Origin: Eledone cirrhosa
Taxonomy: Eukaryota
DNA: 64,000 bases
Direction of reading: 5' to 3'
Assembly (NCBI GenBank): GCA_964016885.1
Contig: OZ024742.1
Coordinates: forward strand, 244,590,001-244,654,000
Shown: positions 35,978 to 47,405 of the stretch, in pieces
How the letters are laid out: each line of letters starts with the position of its first letter
Numbering within the stretch: the stretch's first letter is position 1
Program-made: the position numbers and the translations under genes
Notes under the pieces: model-generated
Told to the model about the DNA's origin: nothing
What the model saw: only the letters and a program-made list of their open reading frames with translations
Databases searched by the model: none

Positions 35978-37877
35978 ATGTACCTTATAGTAGGGTGAAG
36001 GATTGGCAGAATCGGTAGAGCGCTGGACTTTTATTTAGAGGCGTTTACGCGCCTTGTCATAGCTACATCACTAGGTTGTGAAAGTTTTCTTGTGAGCTAC
36101 AGGTCTTACCCATTATTCTATCTTCTCTAGTAGTTTACCGCTGTCGGTCCGGGGCTGCTTATTCCCCCGGCGGATGCCCGCTTATATCACAACTAGCCAT
36201 CATATCTGGAGTTTCACCTCAAGCACGCTTTCCAGCGGGTCTTGCCAGAAGCAGCCGTCTCCAATTGATCCGGCTGGATCTTCAACCAGGACCAGCCGAG
36301 CTCATCCAACCATCTCGCTTGGGGTCTACCTCTGGGTCTCCTGCCGGTTGATTCTACCCGTAAAATCTGTCCAACGATTCTTTCCTGGGACATTCTAACA
36401 ACATATCCGTATTATCGGAGCTATGATCTCTCAATTTGGAGAAGTAGCGACTTTCTGATCTTCAAGCTACGCACTCTGTCGGGTGGCGTTATTCATTGTT
36501 ATATACCTTCATCGTATGGAAGGTATAATTGTTGAGGAGAATATTGGGAATAAAGTTTATTTCCGCTTAAAACAATCCAAACTACTCTCGTGTTGATATT
36601 CCCTATAATTCTCTAATCACTTCTAAATCTTGTCCACTGAGCTGAATGTTTCACTGAGATCTGATACTGTTGTTGTATGACCTGTATCGTTCCCAATGAT
36701 GAGTGCTCCAGTTGAAATTAACAGATAAGTGGTCGAGTATTTCAAACATCACGTAGTTCTGAGAGATTTAGCGTGACACAATATGTAACAAGGCTGGTCC
36801 CTTGTTTTACAAGTACAACTCATTTTTGCTCACTGAATGAACTGGACCAACGTGAAATAAAGAGTCTTGCTCAAGACTACATTGGGCCGTCTGTTCCGAG
36901 AAATGAACTGACGACCTTACGATCGTGAACCGAACGTCCTAACCACTAAACCACTCGCCTTCACCACTGAAATCTAATAGGATCGAAAACATCCGTTATT
37001 TCAGTAGTTGACTTTAACTTTTAACATTCAGCAGAAAATTTTTAAAAATTGGGTTTGTTAATTCAAATGTTTATAGTATGTTTACTAGTAGACAGATTGT
37101 TGTGAACATTTGCGGTATTAGAGTAAACGCATCAATTTTCAATGTGAAGTAGTCATTGTGCTGTTTTGTACTTTTCAAGACTGTTTTGCTAATGACGTTT
37201 CATGTGGTACAGGATGTTAAGAGTTTAAAACAGGATCCAGTCCAATCTCCATAGTTTTTATTTTCCAAAAATTTCGATTTGTTGACATTATTACAATTAT
37301 CTTCCTTGATTGTTGTTTTTTTATATTTTAAACGTCCCAAGAGGGAGTTTCTGTCTACTCACGGCATGATATTACATGTTTGAGATTCTACAGTCTCTCT
37401 CTCTACAGTACGCTCGTTCACCATTAACAGTTTTTCTGGGTCAAAGAACAATTTTATCTGTCCTTTTGACTGGGCTTGTTTTTGTCCGACTGGCTTCCTA
37501 GCAATCCTCCTCACCTGGCTAACTTAACCAGGTTACCGGTTTAGTCCCCATCGACCTGACCAATGAAAGCTTCTATTAGATTATATGAGTGACCTAACAC
37601 ACACACATACGTGTGTGCGTGGGGGGGGGGTGATCCCAGCGAACAGCTGATGACATGGGGATTTGTCCGTGTGTCCGTTTGGCTCCATTTTCCCTCTCTT
37701 CGTCACGTGTGCTCATGTTTCGAATTTTGTGTGTGTGTAATTGTTCTGTTTTACCATATCCCATCTTGTTTTTCAGTTCTTTTGTTCACTATGTACGTGC
37801 GTTCGTGTGTGTGCACTCACTCTTAATGCTGACGGTGGTAAGAATGAATACTCAATAGCATAGTAGGGATTAATTTC

Positions 37878-38019
37878 TTCTTTATTAAGGCCAAGCGTGA
37901 GTCTTGTAACTCAGGAGTTTCTCCGGTATACTCTCAGGGTTGCCACAGATCTGACGACCCTTGAAGTACATAGCAGAAACTCCAGAGTAACAAAACTCAA
38001 ACTCGCCCTTAATAAAGAA
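37878..38019. repeat. ~140-bp palindromic element centred on AGATCT
   Basis: TTCTTTATTAAGG...GGAGTTTCT (left) pairs with AGAAACTCC...CCTTAATAAAGAA (right). A (TA)n run follows. Confidence 0.85.
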
Positions 38020-39826
38020 TATATATATATATATCGTATATACTCGTATAGGTTGCTTTATTTTTCACGAAAATACCACGAAAAATGACCGTGCGACTTA
38101 AACATGAGTATATACAGCACGTGTCTGTATATATATATATTATATATCTATATATATATATACATACATGACGTGTTTCTGAATTAAATAGAACGCCTTT
38201 TGTTGGATACAATGTATGAATATTTTCACTTTTGACTTCTTCATAAGTAGCCCTATGTTCCCCCTGAGCAGGTAACCACAAAATTGACTTGTATATCTAT
38301 GCATATGTATGTGTGTAGGTACTATTTTTAGACATAAAACAAGAACATAAATTAGAATATCTAGCTCTCAAGGCACCACCCACATAAAGAACTAGACAGA
38401 GATGTAGGGAGAGAAATAGTAAATGGGTGGACAGACAGATAAGTATGTAGATAGATGTGTCCGACAGACAAAAAGATGGTTTAATTAATACGTAGGTATG
38501 AAGATGCATAGGTGGAATGATAGATGGACAGACAGACATAGAAAGAGAGATAAGTAATTGAACAATATGTAATCTTTAAAGTCGATGAATACATGATATA
38601 TGGCAGAAGAACAATTAGCAATCGGCTTTCAGACTATAACGTATATGCCGACAGCCGTAATCAAGGTAGGAATGATACGGTGTTTTTACTACTGCTACTA
38701 CACATGTGCATCATTTATCTATCAGTTTGTATGTGAATATAAGTCTCTCTGTGCATACACAGTTTTTCTCGTGTATGTGTGTATATATATACATATTGTG
38801 TATTTATTTGTGTGTACGTGAGTTTATAACCGGCAAGGAGGAGTAGGAGGAGGTGCTGTGTTTATATTGAAATATAGGCAATGATGGAGAAAATTAGCTA
38901 TTTCGCCCAACCAACAAATAGGTTACAAAGCAGTCGCCAAAAGATGGAGCGAATCATCAACAACAACCACGAAAATAACAAAATAAACAATCTTTGAAAA
39001 CTCCCATTGCTTCGATTGAGTCAAGTAAGGCGCTCATATTGTTGTTGCTGTTAGTTAAATATAATTATTCTAACTTAAACAACGGACAAATTTATATTTT
39101 TCCAATAATCATCTTTTAGAGATATTGGAAATAAAAAAATTCTACTTCCACCTCTATTGTCTCTTATTGTTCCCACTACCTCGTTCATTTCTCTGAAACG
39201 AACTAGAGTCCTGTTCTTCCTTTCCTAGCTGTCTTCAGGACATTCTCTGTGCTAAAGAGGAAACAATATGCGAAAAGAGAAAGAGATACAATGACAGAAA
39301 CATATCAAGAGTGGAAGAAAGAAGCAAAACAAAGAGAGAAAGAGTTGAGTGAGGGAAAAGGCGAGTAAGAGAAAGAGAGTAAAAGAAAAGTTAAAAGGAA
39401 ATAGAGAGATTTATAGTGTAGTATTGGGGGAAAAAAGCAGAGAGAGTGAAAGAAATCAAGAGAGGAAGGATAATGTAAAAGACAACAGGAAGAGATCATT
39501 GAATGAGTGTTTAAAAGAGAAAACTAAGTGATAGACAGAGGAGGGAGAAAAACAGAAGAGAAAAGACAAATTAAAAGGTGGAGATTGTGAATGAGAGTGG
39601 AGGGAAGATATAACATTTCCCCCGTCACCATCACGACCACCACGAAAACAAAACATAATGATAGCAGAAGAATGATAGGGGAAGTAAACTGAAATGAAAG
39701 AGGTAGAAAACAAAGTGAAGTGAGAGGTAATACGGAGAAATGGGAAGAGTATAGGAAAGGCCACAAAATAAAAGAGAGATAAACTAAATGAGAGAGAGTC
39801 AAAGTGATGGGGGAGCGATATTTATT

Positions 39827-39834
39827 TGACGTCA
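39827..39834. promoter_or_regulatory. Perfect CRE palindrome TGACGTCA in a CpG-retaining region
   Basis: Exact motif match. Function is unproven. Confidence 0.3.
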
Positions 39835-42800
39835 TGGCAAAACATCCTACGCAGTAGTATAGTGTCTTAAGTGTCTCAGTTTTAGACCACAAAAGCACTG
39901 TTTTGACAGAACACACTCTCTTCTCTTCTCACCAACATTATTTTTCTCCCCCACCACCCACTTTTCTTTGTCTTGCTCTCTACCACTATCTTTCTCACTC
40001 TCCCTTCCTCCACCAACTTTCCTTTTATCTTACATGCTTTCTTTCTTCCTTTCTTTCCTCACATTTACTCTATATTTTTCGCATATTTCAACCCCTCTCC
40101 CGTCACCGCCTCCATCACCACCAGTAAAAACAACATCATCATTACCACCACCTCAACCACACCACACTAGTATTCTCCCCTTCCTACTACTCAATTTCTC
40201 CCTTATTCCCTCAACTCTTCCCTCCTTCTCCCCCCCCCCCCACCCCCCCCCCCCCCCCCTCCGACTGATCTTTCTCTTCCCAGTATTTAATGGCTGGAAT
40301 CCTTCGAAGTAAAAGATTTAAACAGACAGATTGACAGAAAAAGAAGAAAACATACTGCTGCTGCTATTGTTGTTGTTGCTACTAATACAAGTAATATTAA
40401 TAAATAAATAAAAAGGCGAACTTAATCAATATTGCCATAGAGGCGAAGTTGGATACCGGTTGTGATAACCGGTGCGCGTGTATATGTAATGTACATTTTA
40501 GTATCCGTGTTATGTGATTAATAGAGAAGGGGAGAGAGGGAGGAGGGATGGAAGGAGTAAGATAGCTAGATAGTGGGAGGGCAGTTAAGAGGAAGAAGGG
40601 TTGGGTAAGCATTTGACAGAAGGGGAAGGAAGAAACACGGAGTGTTAGAGAAACACAACAGGAAGAAAAATAAAATAATAATAATATTGATGGTGATAAT
40701 AATAATGATGGTAATAATAATAATAATAATTGGCGCTAACTGATTTTAGTTATGTAAGTGAGTGGGTGGAGCCAAAAAGAAAGTAGGTAGCTAGGCTGGC
40801 AGTGGGAGGTGAAATGCGGGTTGAAACTAGTGGAGTGGAGTGTTTGTTGTTGCTACTTCTGTTTCTGTTGTTGTTATTGTTATTGCCTCAGTTGTTGTTG
40901 TTGTTGTTGCTGTCGACAGCGGTTGTGATGATACGAGCGGCTTGTTGGATGCCATGGATTCGTCTATCTTGTTACAAACTATGTGAGCACATCTCATGAC
41001 AGCCGATATCTAATGATGACTACATCATTTCCCCAACCACCACTACCCGAGCAATATTTCATTCCAACTGGGAACTCCTCATTATTATTTATTTCTCCAT
41101 AGGTTTATGCTATTTCCTAATACACAGAATATCTTTCTTCGTCGCCACCATCATCGTTGTTGTCGACACCTTGGCTTTTCAATCCCTTTCATCTCTTCCG
41201 TGTTATTATAGTTGTTGTATGTTTAGCCCCAGGTCAACTTTGAATGAGCAAACATTTTTTATCAAAGCCATTCCAGCCATGACCACCTCATCTTTTTTGT
41301 TTATTTATCATGGATAGCTTTGTTCAATATATCCTTTTCGTTTAAGATAGTAAGATATGATTTCAGAGAGATTTGGCTGTTGTTTCTAGCAAATCGATCG
41401 TTCTTTTGTTGGCTCGTCTCTCCGGGGTAGACAAAATATACTAAGTTCGATAGAGCTGGTGTTGATTTAAATTGAAAAGAATACTTTATGTGAATCGTTT
41501 TGGCCACGTGGTTGAAGGTAGCGAACAAGAGATCTAAAAAATCTGTTAAGATAGCCGAGGTTACATCCCTCTAGATTCTTGGTTGAAGCCTTTCACCTCA
41601 TACTGTTAAATGAAAATTAACAATAAATCTTTTCGATCAAGGTTGACCTGAGGCTAAACAACAAGGCATTATGAGAACGATGAACGTCACAAAATCTTAT
41701 TTTCAGTCACTGTAGGTGTAGAATCGACATTCGACGTAGGTTAGAAATGTTTTCTCTGAGATGTGGAAAGCATGAACACAAATTAACGTGCCTCACTTTA
41801 TATAAAAATATCAGGTTTCATGTTAGACGATTAGTAGAACGTAGGAGAAAATGCCTGACATCATTAGCTATGTTCTGTGTTCAAATCCCACCCAAGGTCA
41901 ACTTTGCCTGTCATCCTTACGGGGTCGATAAAATATAATACTAGTCAAGTAATGGGTGTTGATGTTGATTAAATCGATTATATCTCTATTCCAAAGTGTC
42001 TGTATAAATACAACTTCGATGCCTGAATTCGAATTACACCTGTTGTCTCCTTATTTCGCCAATATCGTTAAAATAAAGCAGTTATTTCAATCACCTGATC
42101 GTATTGGAGTTATTTCCCTTGTCTCTTTATATTTTTATTCCCTTTAATTCCAAACAGCATGAAAACTGTTTATTTTAAAGTGTTATATACATCAAAGACA
42201 TCTCTCATCACAATTTTATGTGAAGTCACGTTCCAAACATCAGCTTAATGAGAAAGTTAGTTTTATTACTAAATCCCTCCAAATCTTGATTATTTCAGAA
42301 TTAATTGAAACATATTAAGCAGTGTCTTTCGTTTAAGGTATTGTAACGAAAGGGTTAAACACCTCTAGGGGAATATTTTGTCTATCAATTGCAAGGATAA
42401 TCTCAGTATGTATATTATGTATGCAGAATATTCCTTCGGGGATTTTCCATCAACAATATTAAGGATATTCGTAATCAACGCCACTACGTTTTCTTTATTT
42501 TTATATACATTGATCATACTTAGTTTTGCCAGCTATGTAACATATCACTGAGGAGGTCTAATAAAATTGAAACGTCCGTTACTTTTGTCAGCTGGCTTTA
42601 CACAAACTATTATGCCCCTACAGTGTTAATATTGTGCCCCTCTTCATAAAAATACTAAATTATAGTGTCTATATAGTCTAAACATTTCATCTATATGAGC
42701 TTATTGGAATTATATGTTGTTTTTAAATTTCAACTATTTTTAGAGGGAGTTTTTATTTACTAATGCGGTGGATTGGCAGTATCAGTAGAACGTCAGACAC

Positions 42801-44885
42801 CATGTTTTGCAGCATAGAGTTAGGGCCCTTTACGTTCTGAGTTCAAATCCCGCCAAGGTTAGTTTTGTCTTTCATCCTTACGGGGTTGATAAAATGAAGT
42901 ACCAGTAATGCACTGAGATAATTGCTAGCTTTGTGCCAAAAATAGAAACAATTATTAGTTAATCAAGGTTGTTTTTTTAATTCTCCATGTTATATATGTG
43001 AGATCCCACTGAATTTGTATTTAGTATGCAGAACACTCCTCTGAGGTATTTTTCCTCAACCATATTGTTATCTCACTGGGATTCAGGGAAATGCATACTC
43101 CAGTTCCTTTACAATGTAAGATATTGTATCAAAACAAAATAAATTATTCAAATGGTTGGTTGTTATTCAGTTTTGTACCACTATCATCACAGACAATAAA
43201 CTCCTCGTTTTGTCAAATTGCCAATAGTTTTTATTATTATTATTATCATCATCATTTGTAGGATAGAAAAAAAAACACATGAACAGGGAAAGTCAATTTT
43301 TTTTTCCAGATTAATGGACAGCACTTGTTTTAATTCTAGACTTTCACTGTCGCTTGTATCCTTATTGTGGGTATCGTGTGGTGTGCAGTGGCCGGAGGCT
43401 GGGCAGTGCTCGACCGGAAGAGTGACCGCGGGGATGGCGCAGAGGTGGAGAGGGAAGAGCAGCGTAAGGGCAGTCGATGGTAGGAAAATTGAATGCCGAG
43501 GTTCCGGCGAGGTGGAGATGGCGGTACAGGGAAAGAAAATAAGACTTTCTGCCATCGTAGTCGACAACGTGGTAGATGGGATTGGCGTAGTTATGGGCAT
43601 GGACGCAATTGGCCGTCTAGGAGGCGTCACAGTGAACAACATCGGTGTGTCGTTTGGCGGCGCCACATCGGTATGCGCTGTGAGTATGCGACAGGAGAAC
43701 CAGAAGGCCCGCGAGGAGAAATACACCCTTACACTGTACAGGACAAAGACTTCAAGGCCGTGTTCGATGGGTTGTTGAGTGGTACTGGAAAGGAGAACCA
43801 CCAACACTGAAGATCAAAGTGGACTGCTATCAACACACATTGACGGGAGACATTAGGAGCGAGTTCGAGCGAGAGGTAGAGAGATGGATTGAGGAGGGCA
43901 TACTGCTTCGCTGGAAAGAGGAGGTGAAGTGCGGAGTATTGCCATTAATGGCGATGGCGCAACCCACGAAAAACAAGGTGAAGCCGGTACTGGACTTTCG
44001 GGAGCTGAACGAGCACGTGTCATGCCACACGGGTGGCGAGGTCACGGATGTCTGTGGGGAAACCCTGCGTCAGTGGAGACGCATAACGGGGGCTTCCGCA
44101 ATCATCGATCTAAAGTCGGCATACTTACAATTACACATAGACGAGAAGCTCTGGCAGTATCAGCTGGTCAGGTATAAGGGCCGGACATATTGCCTGACCA
44201 GGCTCGGTTTCGGGCTGAGCTCTGCACCATTCTGGGAAAGGCCGACAAGATGAAGAGGGCCACTAATTCCTACATTGACGACATCCTAGTGGATGAGTCT
44301 GTAGTGTCAGTGGCGAATGTCACGAGCTATTTACAGCGGTATTGACTGGCTGCGAAGCCGTCAGAAGCGTTGGAGGGAGGAGTCGCGCTGGGACTTAGGC
44401 TACGGCGAGACAGGACGGGCGTGTTAGTATTCCAGAGGGGAAATGAAGTTCCAGAACTGAGCCCATGTATGAGTAGGCGGGAGCTTTTCTCGGCATGTGG
44501 AAAGTTGGTGGGTCACTACCCGGTTGCTGGGTGGCTCCGGATGGCATGCAGCTATGTCAAGAGACGAGCGGGAGAGAGAATGGTGGCCATGATGCAGGAG
44601 ATCGTGGAGAGGGTGAAGGCCGACGACCCAGTGCGGGGACACTGGTATGTTCCCAAATCGCAGAGCGGGACCGTATGGTGTGATGCCAGCAGCATAGCGC
44701 TAGGTGTCACGTTGGAGATAGGAGGTGTTGAGGTCGAGGATGCAGCCTGGCTTAGGAAGAAGAACGATTGCAACCACATCAATGTGGCCGAACTGGACGC
44801 GGTGTTGAGAGGGGTGACCCTCGCCCTGAGGTGGGGACTGCGTACCATCGATATTTGCACCAACTCGGCTACTGTACTCGGATAG

Positions 44886-45719
44886 GTGAGATCAGTGCTC
44901 ACCAGTGAGAAGCGAGTGCGAACGAGAGGGGAAACAGAGATGCTGATAAAGCGCCGCCTGGGAACTTTAGGAGAGCTGGCCACCAAGTTCGACCTGAGGC
45001 TGAGCGTAGTTTTCGTGCCCTCAGAGAAAAATAGGGCGGTCGTTTTAACCAGGGTGAAGAAAGCCTGGATGGAAGCGCCGGAGGATGTAGAAGAGGAGAT
45101 AGCTGCTGTGTGTCAGATGACCGAGTCGGATCTGAAAGAGTTGCATGACATGCACCACGTGGGAGTGAATAGGACTCTATTCCTAGCCAGGAGAATTGAC
45201 TCGGACGTTAACAGACACAGTGTTCAAAGAGTGGTTAGAGGCTGCGTCCGATGTCAGTCCATTGATCCCGCCCCGGGTGTGCACGAAACGGGAAGCCTCC
45301 CGGTGGATCGCGACTGGAAGCGATTGCCGGTGGATGTAACACACTACCGACAAGGAACATACCTCTCAATGGTCGACTGTGGACTGGGACGGATGGCGAT
45401 ATGGAGGGAGATGAAGACTGGAACGGCCGAGGAAATCACGCGGACATTGAGAGAGGTGTTCTTGGAGCAGGGCCCTGTGGACGAACTGCTGATGGACAAC
45501 AGCGCAGCGTTCCGCTTGGAGGCGCTGAGGGAGATGCTCGATGGATGGAAGGTGGACCGTTTCTTCAGAGCAACATACAGGCCGAGCGGGAATGGAATTG
45601 TGGAGCGACATCACCGGACGATCAAGGCAATGGCGAAGCGGGGCCACATCTCACCAATGGAAGCAGTGTTCTGGTACAACATGTCTCCTCGTGTGGGACA
45701 GGTTGAGGAATCAGGGTGA
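44886..45719 (+). pseudogene. Gypsy integrase reading-frame remnant
   Basis: HDMHHVG...CVRC zinc finger and DDE core. It is bounded by in-frame stops. Confidence 0.9.
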
Positions 45720-46095
45720 CACAGAGCAGTATTCAGATACGAGTGGCGGCACCCGTGCATGCCACCACAATGGCCAGTGGAGAGAGAGAATGCATTCGTG
45801 CAGGTGGGTGAAGAAGTCTGGGTTAAGCCCCCAGAGGCACGTTGCACATCTCAATGGGGAAGGGGAACGGTGACGGCCGTAAATTCCCAGAACAATGTGT
45901 CCGTGGACGGAGTACCACGTCATGTCCTGGATGTCCGTAGAATCACTGTGTCAACGGACTCCGAGGGAGAGGAAACTCAAAGTGCCGCCCCAACACTGCG
46001 GAGATCGCAAAGAAGTCGCAAACCACCAACCTGGACAGCAGACTTTCATATGCAGCAGGACGAGGGGGAAATTGATCCTTGAGATCAGGAGGGGG

Positions 46096-46330
46096 GGTAT
46101 GGTGTGATGTGCGGTGGCCGGAGGCTGGGGAGTGCTTGACCGGAAGAGTGCTTGACCGGAAAGGCCAGCAGGTCTGCCTCTCTCTAGGGTGGTCAGCGAA
46201 GGTGGTGGACATCAGTTTTGGAGCTCCCGGTTAACGAGTTGGATTGTACGCACATGGGAGAGGAGAAACCAGCCATTGGATTAGCGGTGCCAGGGATAAG
46301 CAGTAAGTGAAGTAGCTTTTTCTAACCAAA
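46096..46330 (+). repeat. 3' LTR of the Gypsy element
   Basis: It follows the polypurine tract, its first ~55 bp match the 5' remnant, and it ends before the CTTAT TSD. Confidence 0.8.
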
Positions 46331-46999
46331 CTTATTATTAACCATACAAAAATCAAGTGAGTGTGATGTAGATTTGTAGTGAATGTTGTTTTGTGTCATC
46401 CCAACTTGAAAATATTCTGTTAAAAAAAATGTTGAATGAATTAACTCTAATTAATATTGATTGAAACAAGGTCATATACTTTGAGAGGGGGGGGATCAGT
46501 GCTGGACTTACCTCTAAGTGTGTGACCCTAAGCCATAGCTTAGGGCCACACACTAAATCATCAAAAATTATTTATATGTATATTTATATATATGAATGTT
46601 TATCTATAAAAATATTGTATTTCTTTAGAAATACGAAATTCCAATATATATTTGTATACAGCTATGCATGGAGCTAAATCCTAGTTCTATTCTATTAAGT
46701 TGAGCCAACTTATGCAGCTTCATATACAAATGAGATTAATCACCTCATTTACACAGACAAGATAATCATATATTCTCGCCTGTTTTCAAGTCCAGCAGTT
46801 GCAAGAGTGGGAGAGATCGTCCTGATGAGAACCAGTTAAGTTCGAAATGAAATGCCTCAACAATTGTCCCCCCCCCCCTGGCTTCTACTAGACACCACCA
46901 GAGGGTGATAGCCCTGGTGTTTTGCATAGCTACGACTTTCTAAATGTTTATCTATAAACATATGGTATTTCTTTAGAAATACAAAATTTCAATACATCT

Positions 47000-47405
47000 G
47001 TCCATCATTCTAGGATGGGTAAAATTACCGAGATCCATGGACGAGTTCTCTCCAGCAGTCTCTGTCCTTCATCATCACCACCATATCCCGCGTCTCCAAG
47101 AGTCCTGTGTCTGTCTGTCCTGAGGGCATCAACATATGTCAACCTCGGTCTCCCTCTTCTAGTGTGTCTAGTACTGCACTCAGTACTCCCACAGGAGTAC
47201 TGAGTGCAGTGTCAACTCTGAATGTTGATGAGCATGTCCAGTTAACCTCAGTCTCCTCTGTGTTATTTTTTAGCTGTCTTTTGGGAGGCTCTCGTACAGC
47301 TCTGAGTTCATCCTCAGTGTATACTGATTAATGTTCAGAGCCATCCCCAGTATTCTCATGAAGCACCCATCCAGCATCTGAGTGAGTTTCTTGGTCAGTG
47401 TCCAA
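47000..47405 (-). mobile_element. Decayed RTE-like LINE 3' fragment
   Basis: Minus strand shows RRLRLTGHAH...RRGRPRLTYVDAL...MKDRDCWRE. Confidence 0.6.

Larger units (their letters stand above)
43366..46330 (+). mobile_element. Ty3/Gypsy LTR retrotransposon, 5'-internally deleted (PR-RT-RH-IN pseudogene)
   Basis: Protease C-half (GVVMGMDAI), RT (PVLDFRELN, IDLKSAY, TRLGFGLSSAP, YIDDILV), RNase H (WCDASS, NVAELDAV) and integrase (HHCC; DV..MDN..GIVER), in Gypsy order. PPT AGGAGGGGGGG at ~46087-46097. The LTR start (GTGGCCGGAGGCTGGG) is shared at ~43370-43424 and ~46096-46150. CTTAT flanks both ends (43361-65, 46331-35). Confidence 0.95.

Noticed and set aside
42546-42600. CTGAGGAG...GAAAC hammerhead-like motif
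   Set aside because: Stem II and stem I do not pair convincingly. It is at best a highly decayed PLE remnant.
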